Origin: a virus
Lineage: Duplodnaviria > Caudoviricetes
Length of the DNA: 56,389 nt
IMG/VR virus record: IMGVR_UViG_3300035183_000021
Location: 1 to 56,389 of that record
Strand: one strand, 5' to 3'
Below, in pieces: positions 16,957-26,227 of this stretch. The position numbers and the translations under genes were made by a program. The notes below the pieces were generated by a model. That model was not told the origin of the DNA. It made no database searches and was given only the letters and a program-made list of their open reading frames with translations. Position 1 is the stretch's first letter. Each line of letters opens with the position of its first letter.

Positions 16957-18489
16957 ATGGTGGCTAATCTGGTACTGTCAAAGGGGTTCCAAGAGCAGCC
17001 GACAGGGTTGCTCGAAATCTCCGCAGAGGCGCGCGCTAATGGTCTGCATGCCGCCTTGTTACCAGCGGCACAAGGTTGGCAAGATATAGCCGGTAAATTG
17101 CTGGTCACTGGCGGCAGTGGCACTCGGTCAACTAGCGGCAGCAGCCTGGGGAATACGAGGAAGCTGACAGCAGCGGCAGATTTTTTTCTAGACCCGACGG
17201 CTGGCGCGCCCGGTTCTTACATGTGGGTACTGCGCGGTCGTTTTTCTGGGCTAGCCACGTGGGCCGGGTTTTTCAGCCGCACGGCGGACAATGGTACAGG
17301 GCATGGCTGGGCGTGGCAACGAGAGTCGTCCAATGACAGGCTGCGCGTTTATCATGCGAATGATTCCAGTTATGTTGATCTCGGTACGGTAAATGACCTG
17401 CTGGATAACCTTCCGCATACACTCGTTGGTGTATATCATAACGGCCGGTTAGCGCTCTACAGAGACGGCGTACTAATACGTTCGGCTACGCTATCTGGCG
17501 CACCGGCATACGTTCCTGGTCAGGGTCAGGTCAAAATTGGGTCGTCCCGAGATGTAGCGGGTCTTTCGGCCGAGCTGTCGCTAGCCGCGCTATTCTATCC
17601 GCGAGGTGATCCGAATGCGTATGCACAGGCTCTGTCCATAAACCCGTGGCGAATCTTCAGGCCCGCCCGCCGCGTTCTGTATTTCGATGTTGGAGGAGGC
17701 GGTGGTGCTGCTGCCCTTAATGGCGCTGCTTATGCTGCCGCGTCAGCCTCTGCATCCCTCACCACCGCCATTCCGCTCGTCGGCGCGGCGGCGTCAATTG
17801 CTACGACATCGGGTGCGCTCTCGACTGCCATCAAACTGTCCGGGGACGCGACGGCCACCGCGACTGCAACAGGCGACCTTATCACCCAGATCGTTCTATC
17901 CGGCTCCGCGCTCGCCCAGGCCATAGCCTCGGCTGGGCTGTACACCGGTATCCCGTTATCTGGCGATGCCAAGGCTGTTGCTGCTGCGGTGGGTAGCATC
18001 ACCACGCAGATCACGCTGTCCGGCCAGGCGATTGCAGCCGCGATGGCGTCCGGCGCGCTCACCGCTCCAGGTGCGGGATTGTCCGGATCGGCGCAAGCTC
18101 AGACATCTGCCAGCGGCTCGCTCGTGACCGCCATCCCGCTTGTCGGGGATGCACGCGCCTATGCGACGGCAGACGGCGGCCTGACTACGCTGATCAAGCT
18201 GTCTGGCGTGGCTGCTTCGGTTTCAGCAGCAACTGGAAATCTGACAATCTCTACTACAATATCTGGTGCAGCGTTGGCTGCGGCGCTTGCGTCTAGCACT
18301 TTGACTACGCAGATCACGCTTTCCGGGGATGCACTTTCATTTGCTGTTGCTAGTGGTATGCTTGATGGTGGTACGGCAGCCATTGATTACAGATGGTCTA
18401 TTCGTCCACATGCTCGTCGGTATGCAGCAAAGCCATCCCGGTCATGGCGGGTCAAACCATTGCGTCGTCGATATATTGGGAGTAGATGA
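16957..18489 (+). CDS. LamG/ConA-like domain protein with Ala/Gly/Thr repeats
   Basis: 'PHTLVGVYHNGRLALYRDG' and 'VKIG' LamG-like core, followed by ~19-aa repeats 'LTTAIPLxGxAxA'. Confidence 0.6.
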   Translation: MVANLVLSKGFQEQPTGLLEISAEARANGLHAALLPAAQGWQDIAGKLLVTGGSGTRSTSGSSLGNTRKLTAAADFFLDPTAGAPGSYMWVLRGRFSGLATWAGFFSRTADNGTGHGWAWQRESSNDRLRVYHANDSSYVDLGTVNDLLDNLPHTLVGVYHNGRLALYRDGVLIRSATLSGAPAYVPGQGQVKIGSSRDVAGLSAELSLAALFYPRGDPNAYAQALSINPWRIFRPARRVLYFDVGGGGGAAALNGAAYAAASASASLTTAIPLVGAAASIATTSGALSTAIKLSGDATATATATGDLITQIVLSGSALAQAIASAGLYTGIPLSGDAKAVAAAVGSITTQITLSGQAIAAAMASGALTAPGAGLSGSAQAQTSASGSLVTAIPLVGDARAYATADGGLTTLIKLSGVAASVSAATGNLTISTTISGAALAAALASSTLTTQITLSGDALSFAVASGMLDGGTAAIDYRWSIRPHARRYAAKPSRSWRVKPLRRRYIGSR

Positions 18490-18800
18490 TGTTACCAGTC
18501 GTCGATCCGACAGAAATTGTCCCTCTGGAGTTTGATTTTTCTGGGCTTTTGAAAAGCTACCCGTCCGCGATTATCACTGGGCAGCGGATTGGCATTAGTG
18601 TTGTGAGTGGGGTCGATGACGATCCCGCCAGTCGGCTTTATGGTGCCCCTGTAGTTTCTGGTTTGCTGATTACGCAGTGGTTTCGTCCTCTTCCGGCTGG
18701 GGTCAAATATCGCATTACTTGTAATGTGGATGTGTCAAATACCAACTATAAGCCTACTATCGCTATTGAGCTCACTGTGGAAAATAGGGTAGATGCTTGA
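18486..18800 (+). CDS. Small Ig-like fibre/tail adaptor-type protein
   Basis: 'DPTEIVPLEFDFS...GVKYRITCNV' pattern. Confidence 0.55.
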   Translation: MMLPVVDPTEIVPLEFDFSGLLKSYPSAIITGQRIGISVVSGVDDDPASRLYGAPVVSGLLITQWFRPLPAGVKYRITCNVDVSNTNYKPTIAIELTVENRVDA

Positions 18801-18841
18801 TAGTGGTAAGGTGGCGAAATGGTATTTAGGATAGTGTAGCT

Positions 18842-21418
18842 ATGGCTAGTATAAAGATTGTTGGGTTCCTCGGCATCGCGCCGAAAATCTCGCCTGAGCT
18901 ACTTCCTGCTACGGCTGGGCAGGTTGCGAAGAATTGCAAGTTGTATTCGGGGGATTTGATTCCATATCCGCAACCTGTCGTTGTTGGGAACACTGGTCGT
19001 ACCGGTCCTATTAAGACGCTATTCGCGCTTCGTGATCCTGATACGGGGGCGAAGAAATGGCTTTCATGGGCGACAGATGTGGATATAGTGGTTGCGTCCA
19101 AGACTGACAAGAAAGAACAACGGTTTTATTACACAGGGGATGGTGCTCCTAAAGTCAGTAACTACAAATTAGCCACCTCTGGCGCTCCGCCTTATCCTGT
19201 AGGGTACTATGATCTCGGGTTGCCTATTCCTGAGAATAGCGCAAAATTGACCACGACTGCGGTTAAGTTCACCACGAAAACCACCGTAAGCTACGCCCGC
19301 GACAATTTCAATGTTGTAACGATTGTGACTAGCAAACCACACGGGTTGCGAACTGGTAATTATGTGTCAGTGTCAGGGTTCACTTACGTTAATGGCACAT
19401 ATAGCCAGTCTGGGACGACTATTACTGTTACAATCAATAATCATGGTCTATCGGACGGCGCGCAAGTTACATTGGATTTCACGTCTGGTTCTGCTCCAGA
19501 TGGGACCTATGTAATATCTAATGTTACCACTAATACGTTTGACGTTATTACATCGGTGTCTCAAACTACTAGTGGTAATGTTCGCTGGGATATTCGGAAT
19601 CTGAACGCTTTCAATGTCGAGTGTACGGTAATAGATAGCACTACTTTCACGTATTTCAGTCCTGGTCCGGCTATTGCCACTACGCCGAGTTCAGTGGGGA
19701 TGGTTGAGTTGGCCGGTCTCCCGCAAGCGCGGTCGTATGTGTTTACATGGTACACACCGTGGGATGAGGAGTCTATTGCGTCGAAGCCTTCTGACGATTT
19801 ATATATCAAAGAAGGTATTACTGTAGCCGTTTCCAATCTTCCGACAACCAAACCTGCTGGGAATAACTTCGTTCGTGGGGTACGGTTGTATCGCACCGTG
19901 GCGTCAGCGGCTGGGTCTGACTATTTCTTGTTGGATACTTTGTGGTTTCCTATAGAGATCACAAAAGTCGAACGGGATTCGTCTTCTGTTTCCACGATTA
20001 CTACGCTCTACCCTCATAATTTGAACGTAGATGACCGGTTTCTTATTGCGGGGCTCACAGGGGTAGCTGCTTCGTTTAACGTTCCTGGTACAGTAACTGA
20101 TGTCGTCGATGATTACACGTTCAAGTTCAGTCAATCTCCACTTGGTAGTGTTCCGCAGACTACTGTTACTGGTGGTTACGTCTATCATGACATTTCTGAA
20201 AACCCGCCCACGACTCCTCAGCGTTATTGGGGGTACACGTTAACTGGTACTTATAGTCAGACTGGTACGACGATTACTATCACGATCCCGAGCCATAATC
20301 TTACCGCAGGTTCAAAAGTATATTTGAAGTTCACTTCTGGCTCGGCCGTGAATGGTGTTTACACAATTGACAGCGTTACGACAAATACTTTTACGGTTAC
20401 TGCGGAAGCTGCTGCTACTACATCTGGTAACGTAACAGTTGATGGGTACGTTTTTATCGATGACTTCGATTCACGGGTTCTGCTTGATGTTCTTGGATCG
20501 GATAACTACGACCCGCCGCCGAAAGACCTCCAAGGATTGACAGTGATCCAGAACAATATCTTGTGTGGGTTTGTCGGTAACACGTTGTATTTTTCTGAGC
20601 CTGGACGCCCCCATGCTTGGCCTGCTTCTTATGCAGTGCATCTTGAGCACAATATTGTGGGTATTGCGGCAGTCGGTGGTTCCGCGTTGGTGGTAACAGA
20701 CTCGTATCCATATCTTGTATCAGGAGCTGACCCTGCTAATAGGATGTCTGTTGCACGGATTGACGCGCATATTCCGTGCCTAAGTAAAAGCAGCCTCGTG
20801 ACGATGGATTATGGGGCTGTGTATTCGACTCATGATGGACTAGCAGTATATTCACCAGCTAGTGGACCTGCTCTCGTTACTAAGTTGCTGTATAACTACG
20901 ACACATGGCGAGCCCACATTGACCCGTCTACAGTAGTTGCCGAGTATTATGGTGGTAGCTATTTCGCATCCCACTCGACTGGCGCATTTGTTTTTGAGCA
21001 AGATGCTAAGACTGGCGGGTTCTTTGTCGATCTAGATAATAGCTTCTCTGCTCCGTGGTATGACCCAATCGATGGTGCTGTATATTATGTAGCGGGTACC
21101 AATGGGGATGTTTATAAGTGGAATGATACGAACCAGCCGCCTATGACCCAGAGGTGGAAATCGAAAGTCCTCATTACCAAAGATATAGTCAATTTGGGAG
21201 CGGCTCGTATCATTGCAGACTATAATGGGGAAGATGGCGTAACATTTCGGTTGTGGGTTGATAAGCAGCTTCTGTTTGAGGTGACGGTGTATACCCCTGA
21301 AATTTTCCGGCTTCCTACGGGGTATCGTAGTGATACTTTTGAGGTAGAGGTAGAAAGTAGCATTCGCATTCGCGCTATTCACCTTGCCGAAACACCTTTA
21401 GGATTAGGGGAAATTTGA
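18842..21418 (+). CDS. Tail nozzle/stabilisation-type protein with inserted beta-domain repeats
   Basis: 'FLGIAPKISPELLP' N-terminus, 'RSYVFTWYTPWDEES', 'LYFSEPGRPHAWP' and 'FRLPTGY' C-terminus. Confidence 0.65.
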   Translation: MASIKIVGFLGIAPKISPELLPATAGQVAKNCKLYSGDLIPYPQPVVVGNTGRTGPIKTLFALRDPDTGAKKWLSWATDVDIVVASKTDKKEQRFYYTGDGAPKVSNYKLATSGAPPYPVGYYDLGLPIPENSAKLTTTAVKFTTKTTVSYARDNFNVVTIVTSKPHGLRTGNYVSVSGFTYVNGTYSQSGTTITVTINNHGLSDGAQVTLDFTSGSAPDGTYVISNVTTNTFDVITSVSQTTSGNVRWDIRNLNAFNVECTVIDSTTFTYFSPGPAIATTPSSVGMVELAGLPQARSYVFTWYTPWDEESIASKPSDDLYIKEGITVAVSNLPTTKPAGNNFVRGVRLYRTVASAAGSDYFLLDTLWFPIEITKVERDSSSVSTITTLYPHNLNVDDRFLIAGLTGVAASFNVPGTVTDVVDDYTFKFSQSPLGSVPQTTVTGGYVYHDISENPPTTPQRYWGYTLTGTYSQTGTTITITIPSHNLTAGSKVYLKFTSGSAVNGVYTIDSVTTNTFTVTAEAAATTSGNVTVDGYVFIDDFDSRVLLDVLGSDNYDPPPKDLQGLTVIQNNILCGFVGNTLYFSEPGRPHAWPASYAVHLEHNIVGIAAVGGSALVVTDSYPYLVSGADPANRMSVARIDAHIPCLSKSSLVTMDYGAVYSTHDGLAVYSPASGPALVTKLLYNYDTWRAHIDPSTVVAEYYGGSYFASHSTGAFVFEQDAKTGGFFVDLDNSFSAPWYDPIDGAVYYVAGTNGDVYKWNDTNQPPMTQRWKSKVLITKDIVNLGAARIIADYNGEDGVTFRLWVDKQLLFEVTVYTPEIFRLPTGYRSDTFEVEVESSIRIRAIHLAETPLGLGEI

Positions 21419-21774
21419 TGGCAACACGTGGCGCACGTTTTGCGGCGATTCCTAGCATCCCTCAAGGAGGGATAACTGACTGGCAGTTTAGCTTGTTAAC
21501 TGCCATGAAGGAGAACATTGAGCTCTTGACAGGTGCCCGTGGCTCGGATGATTCTGCTCGTGCTATCCTTAAAGGACAACTTACGGTAGCTAATCCGCCT
21601 CCCCAGACGATGGTGAGAGTGACGGCAGAAGGTACTGGATATATAATCAGTGGGGTGGCTGTACCAAGTATCGACGACTATAGCAAGTTGATCTTGGATG
21701 TCCAGCAATTGGCAAACGACGTGGCTAATTTACGAGCAACGTTGAATGCGTTGATCAACCAACTGAAGGGGTGA
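21418..21774 (+). CDS. Hypothetical tail protein
   Basis: 'AMKENIELLTGARG' and a C-terminal coiled coil; coupled to the nozzle gene. Confidence 0.6.
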   Translation: MATRGARFAAIPSIPQGGITDWQFSLLTAMKENIELLTGARGSDDSARAILKGQLTVANPPPQTMVRVTAEGTGYIISGVAVPSIDDYSKLILDVQQLANDVANLRATLNALINQLKG

Positions 21775-21776
21775 TC

Positions 21777-22223
21777 ATGAAAAATCTGGGTAATCCTGGT
21801 TTGAGTATGGGGAATATGCTCGGGCAGACGGGTGCTGGGCTTGCTCCGCAAGGGCAGATGCCGCATGGTGGGCTAACGCCCCAAATGCTAGAAATGCACC
21901 TCAATCAATTTGTTACTCAGCATCCGCAGCAGCTTGCCCAGCTTCGTGCTGCAATTATGGAACTAATGCAAACTGGTGAGCTGACTCCTCAAGAGCTGAA
22001 TATGATCATCCAGCTTGCTACTGTTGCAGCGCAGAATCCTGAACTATATCCCTATGTACGGCGCTTCGCTATTCAACAAGGTCTCGCCACTGAGCAGGAT
22101 TTGCCGGAGCAGTATGACCCAGGATTGGTCTTTGTGTTGCTTCTCGCTGCACGAGCTGTACAGGCCGACATTGGTGGGCAAAACATGTTGCAAGGTGGTT
22201 CGCCTACAATGGCAGGAGCTTGA
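21777..22223 (+). CDS. Hypothetical Q/M-rich protein
   Basis: In-operon ORF with SD-like GGGGTG. Confidence 0.55.
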   Translation: MKNLGNPGLSMGNMLGQTGAGLAPQGQMPHGGLTPQMLEMHLNQFVTQHPQQLAQLRAAIMELMQTGELTPQELNMIIQLATVAAQNPELYPYVRRFAIQQGLATEQDLPEQYDPGLVFVLLLAARAVQADIGGQNMLQGGSPTMAGA

Positions 22224-22233
22224 AACATAGGCT

Positions 22234-22683
22234 ATGAGCACTCTGTCTATCGAAATGCTGACCCCTGAACGGGTTACTGAATTGTGGCCGGTTTTGGAAC
22301 CTTATTTTGAGGCAGCATGTAAGGGTAACGAAATCGCCAAGGATGAGATGGATGCTAAAGACATCTATGTTTTGGCTGTTGTTGGAATGGTAGCAGTGTT
22401 TGTAGGATTTGAAAACGGCGAGCCAGCTTGTGTTCTGTGTATTCAGTTCAACGTCACGAATGGTCATAAAGGCGCAGACATCATGGCACTGGCGGGGCGG
22501 AATCTGATGAAATTCAAAGCAGCGTACTGGCGCACTATTCTTGACTGGCTCAAAGCTAACGGCGTAGAGTTTCTTGATGCGTATGTGCCCGAACGCCGCG
22601 CGAAGTTATATATGAATCGCTTCGGGTTTAATAAATCCTGTGCTTACATTAGGATGACCTTACAAGGAGAGAATCATGAGTAA
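22234..22683 (+). CDS. GNAT-fold-like protein
   Basis: About 150 aa, placed before the ejection proteins, with 'LYMNRFGF' near the C-terminus; inference. Confidence 0.45.
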   Translation: MSTLSIEMLTPERVTELWPVLEPYFEAACKGNEIAKDEMDAKDIYVLAVVGMVAVFVGFENGEPACVLCIQFNVTNGHKGADIMALAGRNLMKFKAAYWRTILDWLKANGVEFLDAYVPERRAKLYMNRFGFNKSCAYIRMTLQGENHE

Positions 22684-23935
22684 GGGCGCTAGTGCAGTTG
22701 TTAGTGTGGCCGCAGCTATCGCTATCCCTTTTGCTGCTCCTGTAATTGCTGAGACGATTGGGCTTTCCGCTGCTATTGGATCAGCGTTGGGTTCGGCTAC
22801 TGCTGGAAGCGTGCTTGGCGGCGCTCTTGTAGGAGCAACGCTTGGCGCAGCTAAAGGGGCTATATTTGGTGAGAATGTAGGAAAAAGCGCCTTGATGGGT
22901 GGCCTTAGCGGCGGCATTGGCGGATATGTGGCCGCACCGAGTGCTGCCACCGCAGCAGGAGCCTCTGGGGGTGCTGGGCATGGGATAGCTTCTTACTCTA
23001 TTAGCCCTCCTGCGGCTAGTCTCACGAGTACAATGGGCGGAGGTGTTGGCTTGACTTCACCTTCAGCGTTTAGTGGTGAGTTGGCGACTGGTCTGTCCGA
23101 TGCTGCGGCGTTTGGACCAGTAGATTACAGTCTTGCTGCGGGTACGGAATTCCCTACTGTTGGGGTAAAACCGCCCATGATGGGGGCTGGACTGAGTGTA
23201 CCTAGTTCAGGTTTTGCCAATGTTGCATCTTCTACTGCTGGTGCTGCGTCTTCTACGCCTACGACATTTGTAGAAGCCTTGAAACAGGTTCCTTCCCAGA
23301 TTGCGGCGAGGTTTTCTGATCCAAAAGCACTGGCTGATCTGACACTTCGTGCTGCCGGGCAACTTGCGGGTTCTGCTTTTGCAGGAGATGGACTTTCTCC
23401 CGAGGAGCGACAGTTGTTGAACGCACAGACAGCGGAATTGCAAAAACTGCAACAAACCAATCAAGACCTCTTTAACCAGCGTTTGCAGGCAGCGCAGCAG
23501 CTTATGGGGGAATCGCGGTATTTCGATCCTGAGTATTTCGGCTTGCAAAGCGCGCGGCGCGCCCAAATTGCCGACGCCCGTGCTAAACGTGCTGGATTGC
23601 GTGGTCTTGAAGACCCTGTTCGTCAAGCTGAGGCCCGTCGGTTTGATCTGGCAACTGCTCGTGACGCAGCGACTGCTTTTGATGTAGGCTATGGCACTGG
23701 AGTTCAGGGACGGTTGCATACTCTTACCGCAGGGATCAATGCGATGCCGACTGGGTTCCCATCTAGTATGATTGATTACACGAGTCTGCGAAATGCCTAC
23801 AGTGATGCTGCCGAGCGCGTTCGTAAGAAACAGGCAAGTATTGGAACGTTGTTCGGCTCGCTGACGGGGTATTATGAAACGCAGAAACCGCAGGGTCAGC
23901 AACAGCAGCAACAGCAGCAACAGCAATGGAGCTAG
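22676..23935 (+). CDS. Probable internal virion/DNA-ejection protein
   Basis: Hydrophobic G/A-rich N-terminus, helical Q-rich C-half, poly-Q tail; SD AAGGAG. Confidence 0.6.
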   Translation: MSKGASAVVSVAAAIAIPFAAPVIAETIGLSAAIGSALGSATAGSVLGGALVGATLGAAKGAIFGENVGKSALMGGLSGGIGGYVAAPSAATAAGASGGAGHGIASYSISPPAASLTSTMGGGVGLTSPSAFSGELATGLSDAAAFGPVDYSLAAGTEFPTVGVKPPMMGAGLSVPSSGFANVASSTAGAASSTPTTFVEALKQVPSQIAARFSDPKALADLTLRAAGQLAGSAFAGDGLSPEERQLLNAQTAELQKLQQTNQDLFNQRLQAAQQLMGESRYFDPEYFGLQSARRAQIADARAKRAGLRGLEDPVRQAEARRFDLATARDAATAFDVGYGTGVQGRLHTLTAGINAMPTGFPSSMIDYTSLRNAYSDAAERVRKKQASIGTLFGSLTGYYETQKPQGQQQQQQQQQQWS

Positions 23936-23965
23936 CGGTAAATCGCAGTAGCTAAGGAGTACATC

Positions 23966-26224
23966 ATGGATTTCGGGGATTTGCTTGCTGGTGCAGGAGT
24001 TGTCGGTCGAGCCTGGCGTGAAGAGGAAAATGCACAACGGCTTGCCCGCGAGCAAGAACTGCGGACTGCTGAGTTGAACCGATGGGAGCGTCTGAATCAA
24101 GTGGCGCTCAATAATACCACACCTGTGGAGGTACCACAGTTTCAGCTTGGCGCTTGGGTTGCTCCACCGGTGGCTGAAGTGCCTCCTGCGGCTCCCGCGA
24201 CTTCTGCGACTTCTGCGACTTCTGCGACTTCCACCGCTCCTGCTGCCCCTGCGGCTCCTGCTAAGACCGTTACTAGTGCTCGCTCCACTGTCTCTCCTGC
24301 TGCTCCCGCTGCTGCGCCTGTTGTCAAACCGCGCCCACTTGAGCAATTGAAAAACGTGCCTACTGAGCAGCTAACCACTGCGGAATGGCAATCACTTCCA
24401 CAAGCAGAAAAAGATCAGCGGTTGCAGATACTTAATAGGGAGCGTTTGGCCGCTATTGATCGTGCAGGACTACTTCAACTTCCTGCGGCTGCAATGGACT
24501 TCGTTGGTGGTCCTATTAACGCTCTTGCACATGGGTTAACTAAGTTAGGCAATGCAGTAAATTTCGCTAGAATTGGGCGGGCATTAGGTATTTATGGTCC
24601 TGAAGTGACTAGTGTTGAAGTACCTAAAGTAGGAACTGGTACTGCTACGCCGTATTTTGATACCTGGGTTCGTATACCTATACAAGAAAACCAGCCGCTA
24701 ACTGAAGCTCAATTACTTGAAAAACTAAAAGCCAACGACGCTGCCAAGAAGCAGGCGCAAAGCGAGGCTGCCAAGAAGCAGACGCAGAGTGCATCTGCTC
24801 TACAACTACCCGATCCTCAGCGTTTGCTCGCTGCTATGTCTCAAGTGGAGAGCGCGGGTAACCCTAATGCCGTCAGTGATAAGGGCGCAGTGGGGTTGAT
24901 GCAAGTGCTTGTTCCTACAGCTATGAAGCCTGGTTTTGGGCTGCCGAATGTGTTCGATTTCGCCGAGCAAATGGGCGTAAAAGTTGGGCAACGCAATGAA
25001 GATGAAGCCAAGCGTTTGTTGACCCGCAAGGATGTCGGGCCTGCGTATGGGCTGCTGTACATGAACGCCTTGTACCAGCGGTATAATGGCAATTTAGAGC
25101 ATGCTCTTGCTGCGTATAACGCAGGTTACACTACTGTTGATAAGTGGCTGCAAGCCGGTGCTGACCCTAACAAGCTCCCTAGCCGTGATTATGTCTCGAA
25201 GGTATTGGCTGCGTATGGCTCGCTGCCTGCTTCTAAGGGGGGTTCTACTACCTCTGCCGCCGCTACCTCTGCTGCTCCCGCTGCTCTTGCTGCGGTCGCT
25301 CCGACTGCTACCGCTCCCGCCGCTGCTGCTCCTACTGCGGCCACCCCCACTGCGGGGCTGACCATTCCTGGTATCTCCACAGCGCAGGCAGCTACGCTGC
25401 CAACTACGGCGGAGTCTCAGCGGCAGGAACCTCTTAGTCCTTCGCAGTTCTACCTTGCCAATCAGCAAGCCCTCTCTGTTGATATGCAGCGGGCAATGCA
25501 GCAACGTCAGGAACTTGCGCGGTTAGCAAGCATGTATCAGCAGGCGGGTCTAGGGCTTCAATATATGGCAGCTCGTGCTAAGCTGATGGAGTTTGATAAC
25601 AACTTGATTTATCTCCAAGGAATACAGGGACTACGGGAACTCACCCTTGCCAACGATCCTCGCCGTCTTGCCGCTGTGTTGTCGCAATACATGGGAACGC
25701 CGGTCGCTATTCAGCCTCGGACTGATGGCAAGTGGAATGTGCTTGTCAATGGGCAGAGCACTCGGACAGGGCTTACTACTCAAGAAGTTTCCGACCTGGC
25801 TCGTTCTACGTTTGACCAGGCTTACGTGCAGCAAAAAGCAGCGGCTTCGGCGGAGTACAACAAGAAGGCTTACGAGTCCATGCTCAAGATGCAGGAAGAA
25901 GCTGTTAAAGCTAACTTTGGAGCGCAAGCCGAGAACGCTAAACAGATGGCCCAGATGATCCGGGAGCTTGCGGTAGAACGCACGAAAGGAAATATGCAGC
26001 TTGCTACACAACTTGCTGTGGAGCAGCTTAAACAAAATGGTTGGAAGGTAACGGCTACTGGTGACGGTAGTGGTAACCTAGTTTTCGTGCCGCCACAAAA
26101 TTCTGGTATTCTCCCATTTGTGGTTGATTCAAGACAACTTCTGATGGGTAACCCAGCAGCTAAAAATTCACCAGTACCGCTAAGCCCATCGGTCTCTATC
26201 CCGATTCCTGCTCAAATGAGGTAA
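23966..26224 (+). CDS. Virion protein with lytic transglycosylase (SLT) domain
   Basis: 'QVESAGNPNAVSDKGAVGLMQV' and 'ALAAYNAG' motifs. Confidence 0.85.
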   Translation: MDFGDLLAGAGVVGRAWREEENAQRLAREQELRTAELNRWERLNQVALNNTTPVEVPQFQLGAWVAPPVAEVPPAAPATSATSATSATSTAPAAPAAPAKTVTSARSTVSPAAPAAAPVVKPRPLEQLKNVPTEQLTTAEWQSLPQAEKDQRLQILNRERLAAIDRAGLLQLPAAAMDFVGGPINALAHGLTKLGNAVNFARIGRALGIYGPEVTSVEVPKVGTGTATPYFDTWVRIPIQENQPLTEAQLLEKLKANDAAKKQAQSEAAKKQTQSASALQLPDPQRLLAAMSQVESAGNPNAVSDKGAVGLMQVLVPTAMKPGFGLPNVFDFAEQMGVKVGQRNEDEAKRLLTRKDVGPAYGLLYMNALYQRYNGNLEHALAAYNAGYTTVDKWLQAGADPNKLPSRDYVSKVLAAYGSLPASKGGSTTSAAATSAAPAALAAVAPTATAPAAAAPTAATPTAGLTIPGISTAQAATLPTTAESQRQEPLSPSQFYLANQQALSVDMQRAMQQRQELARLASMYQQAGLGLQYMAARAKLMEFDNNLIYLQGIQGLRELTLANDPRRLAAVLSQYMGTPVAIQPRTDGKWNVLVNGQSTRTGLTTQEVSDLARSTFDQAYVQQKAAASAEYNKKAYESMLKMQEEAVKANFGAQAENAKQMAQMIRELAVERTKGNMQLATQLAVEQLKQNGWKVTATGDGSGNLVFVPPQNSGILPFVVDSRQLLMGNPAAKNSPVPLSPSVSIPIPAQMR

Positions 26225-26227
26225 TTC

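Noticed and set aside
23896-23926. CAG/CAA poly-Q microsatellite as a phase-variation switch
   Set aside because: It is an in-frame, mixed-codon triplet run at the extreme C-terminus, so length change would not switch expression.
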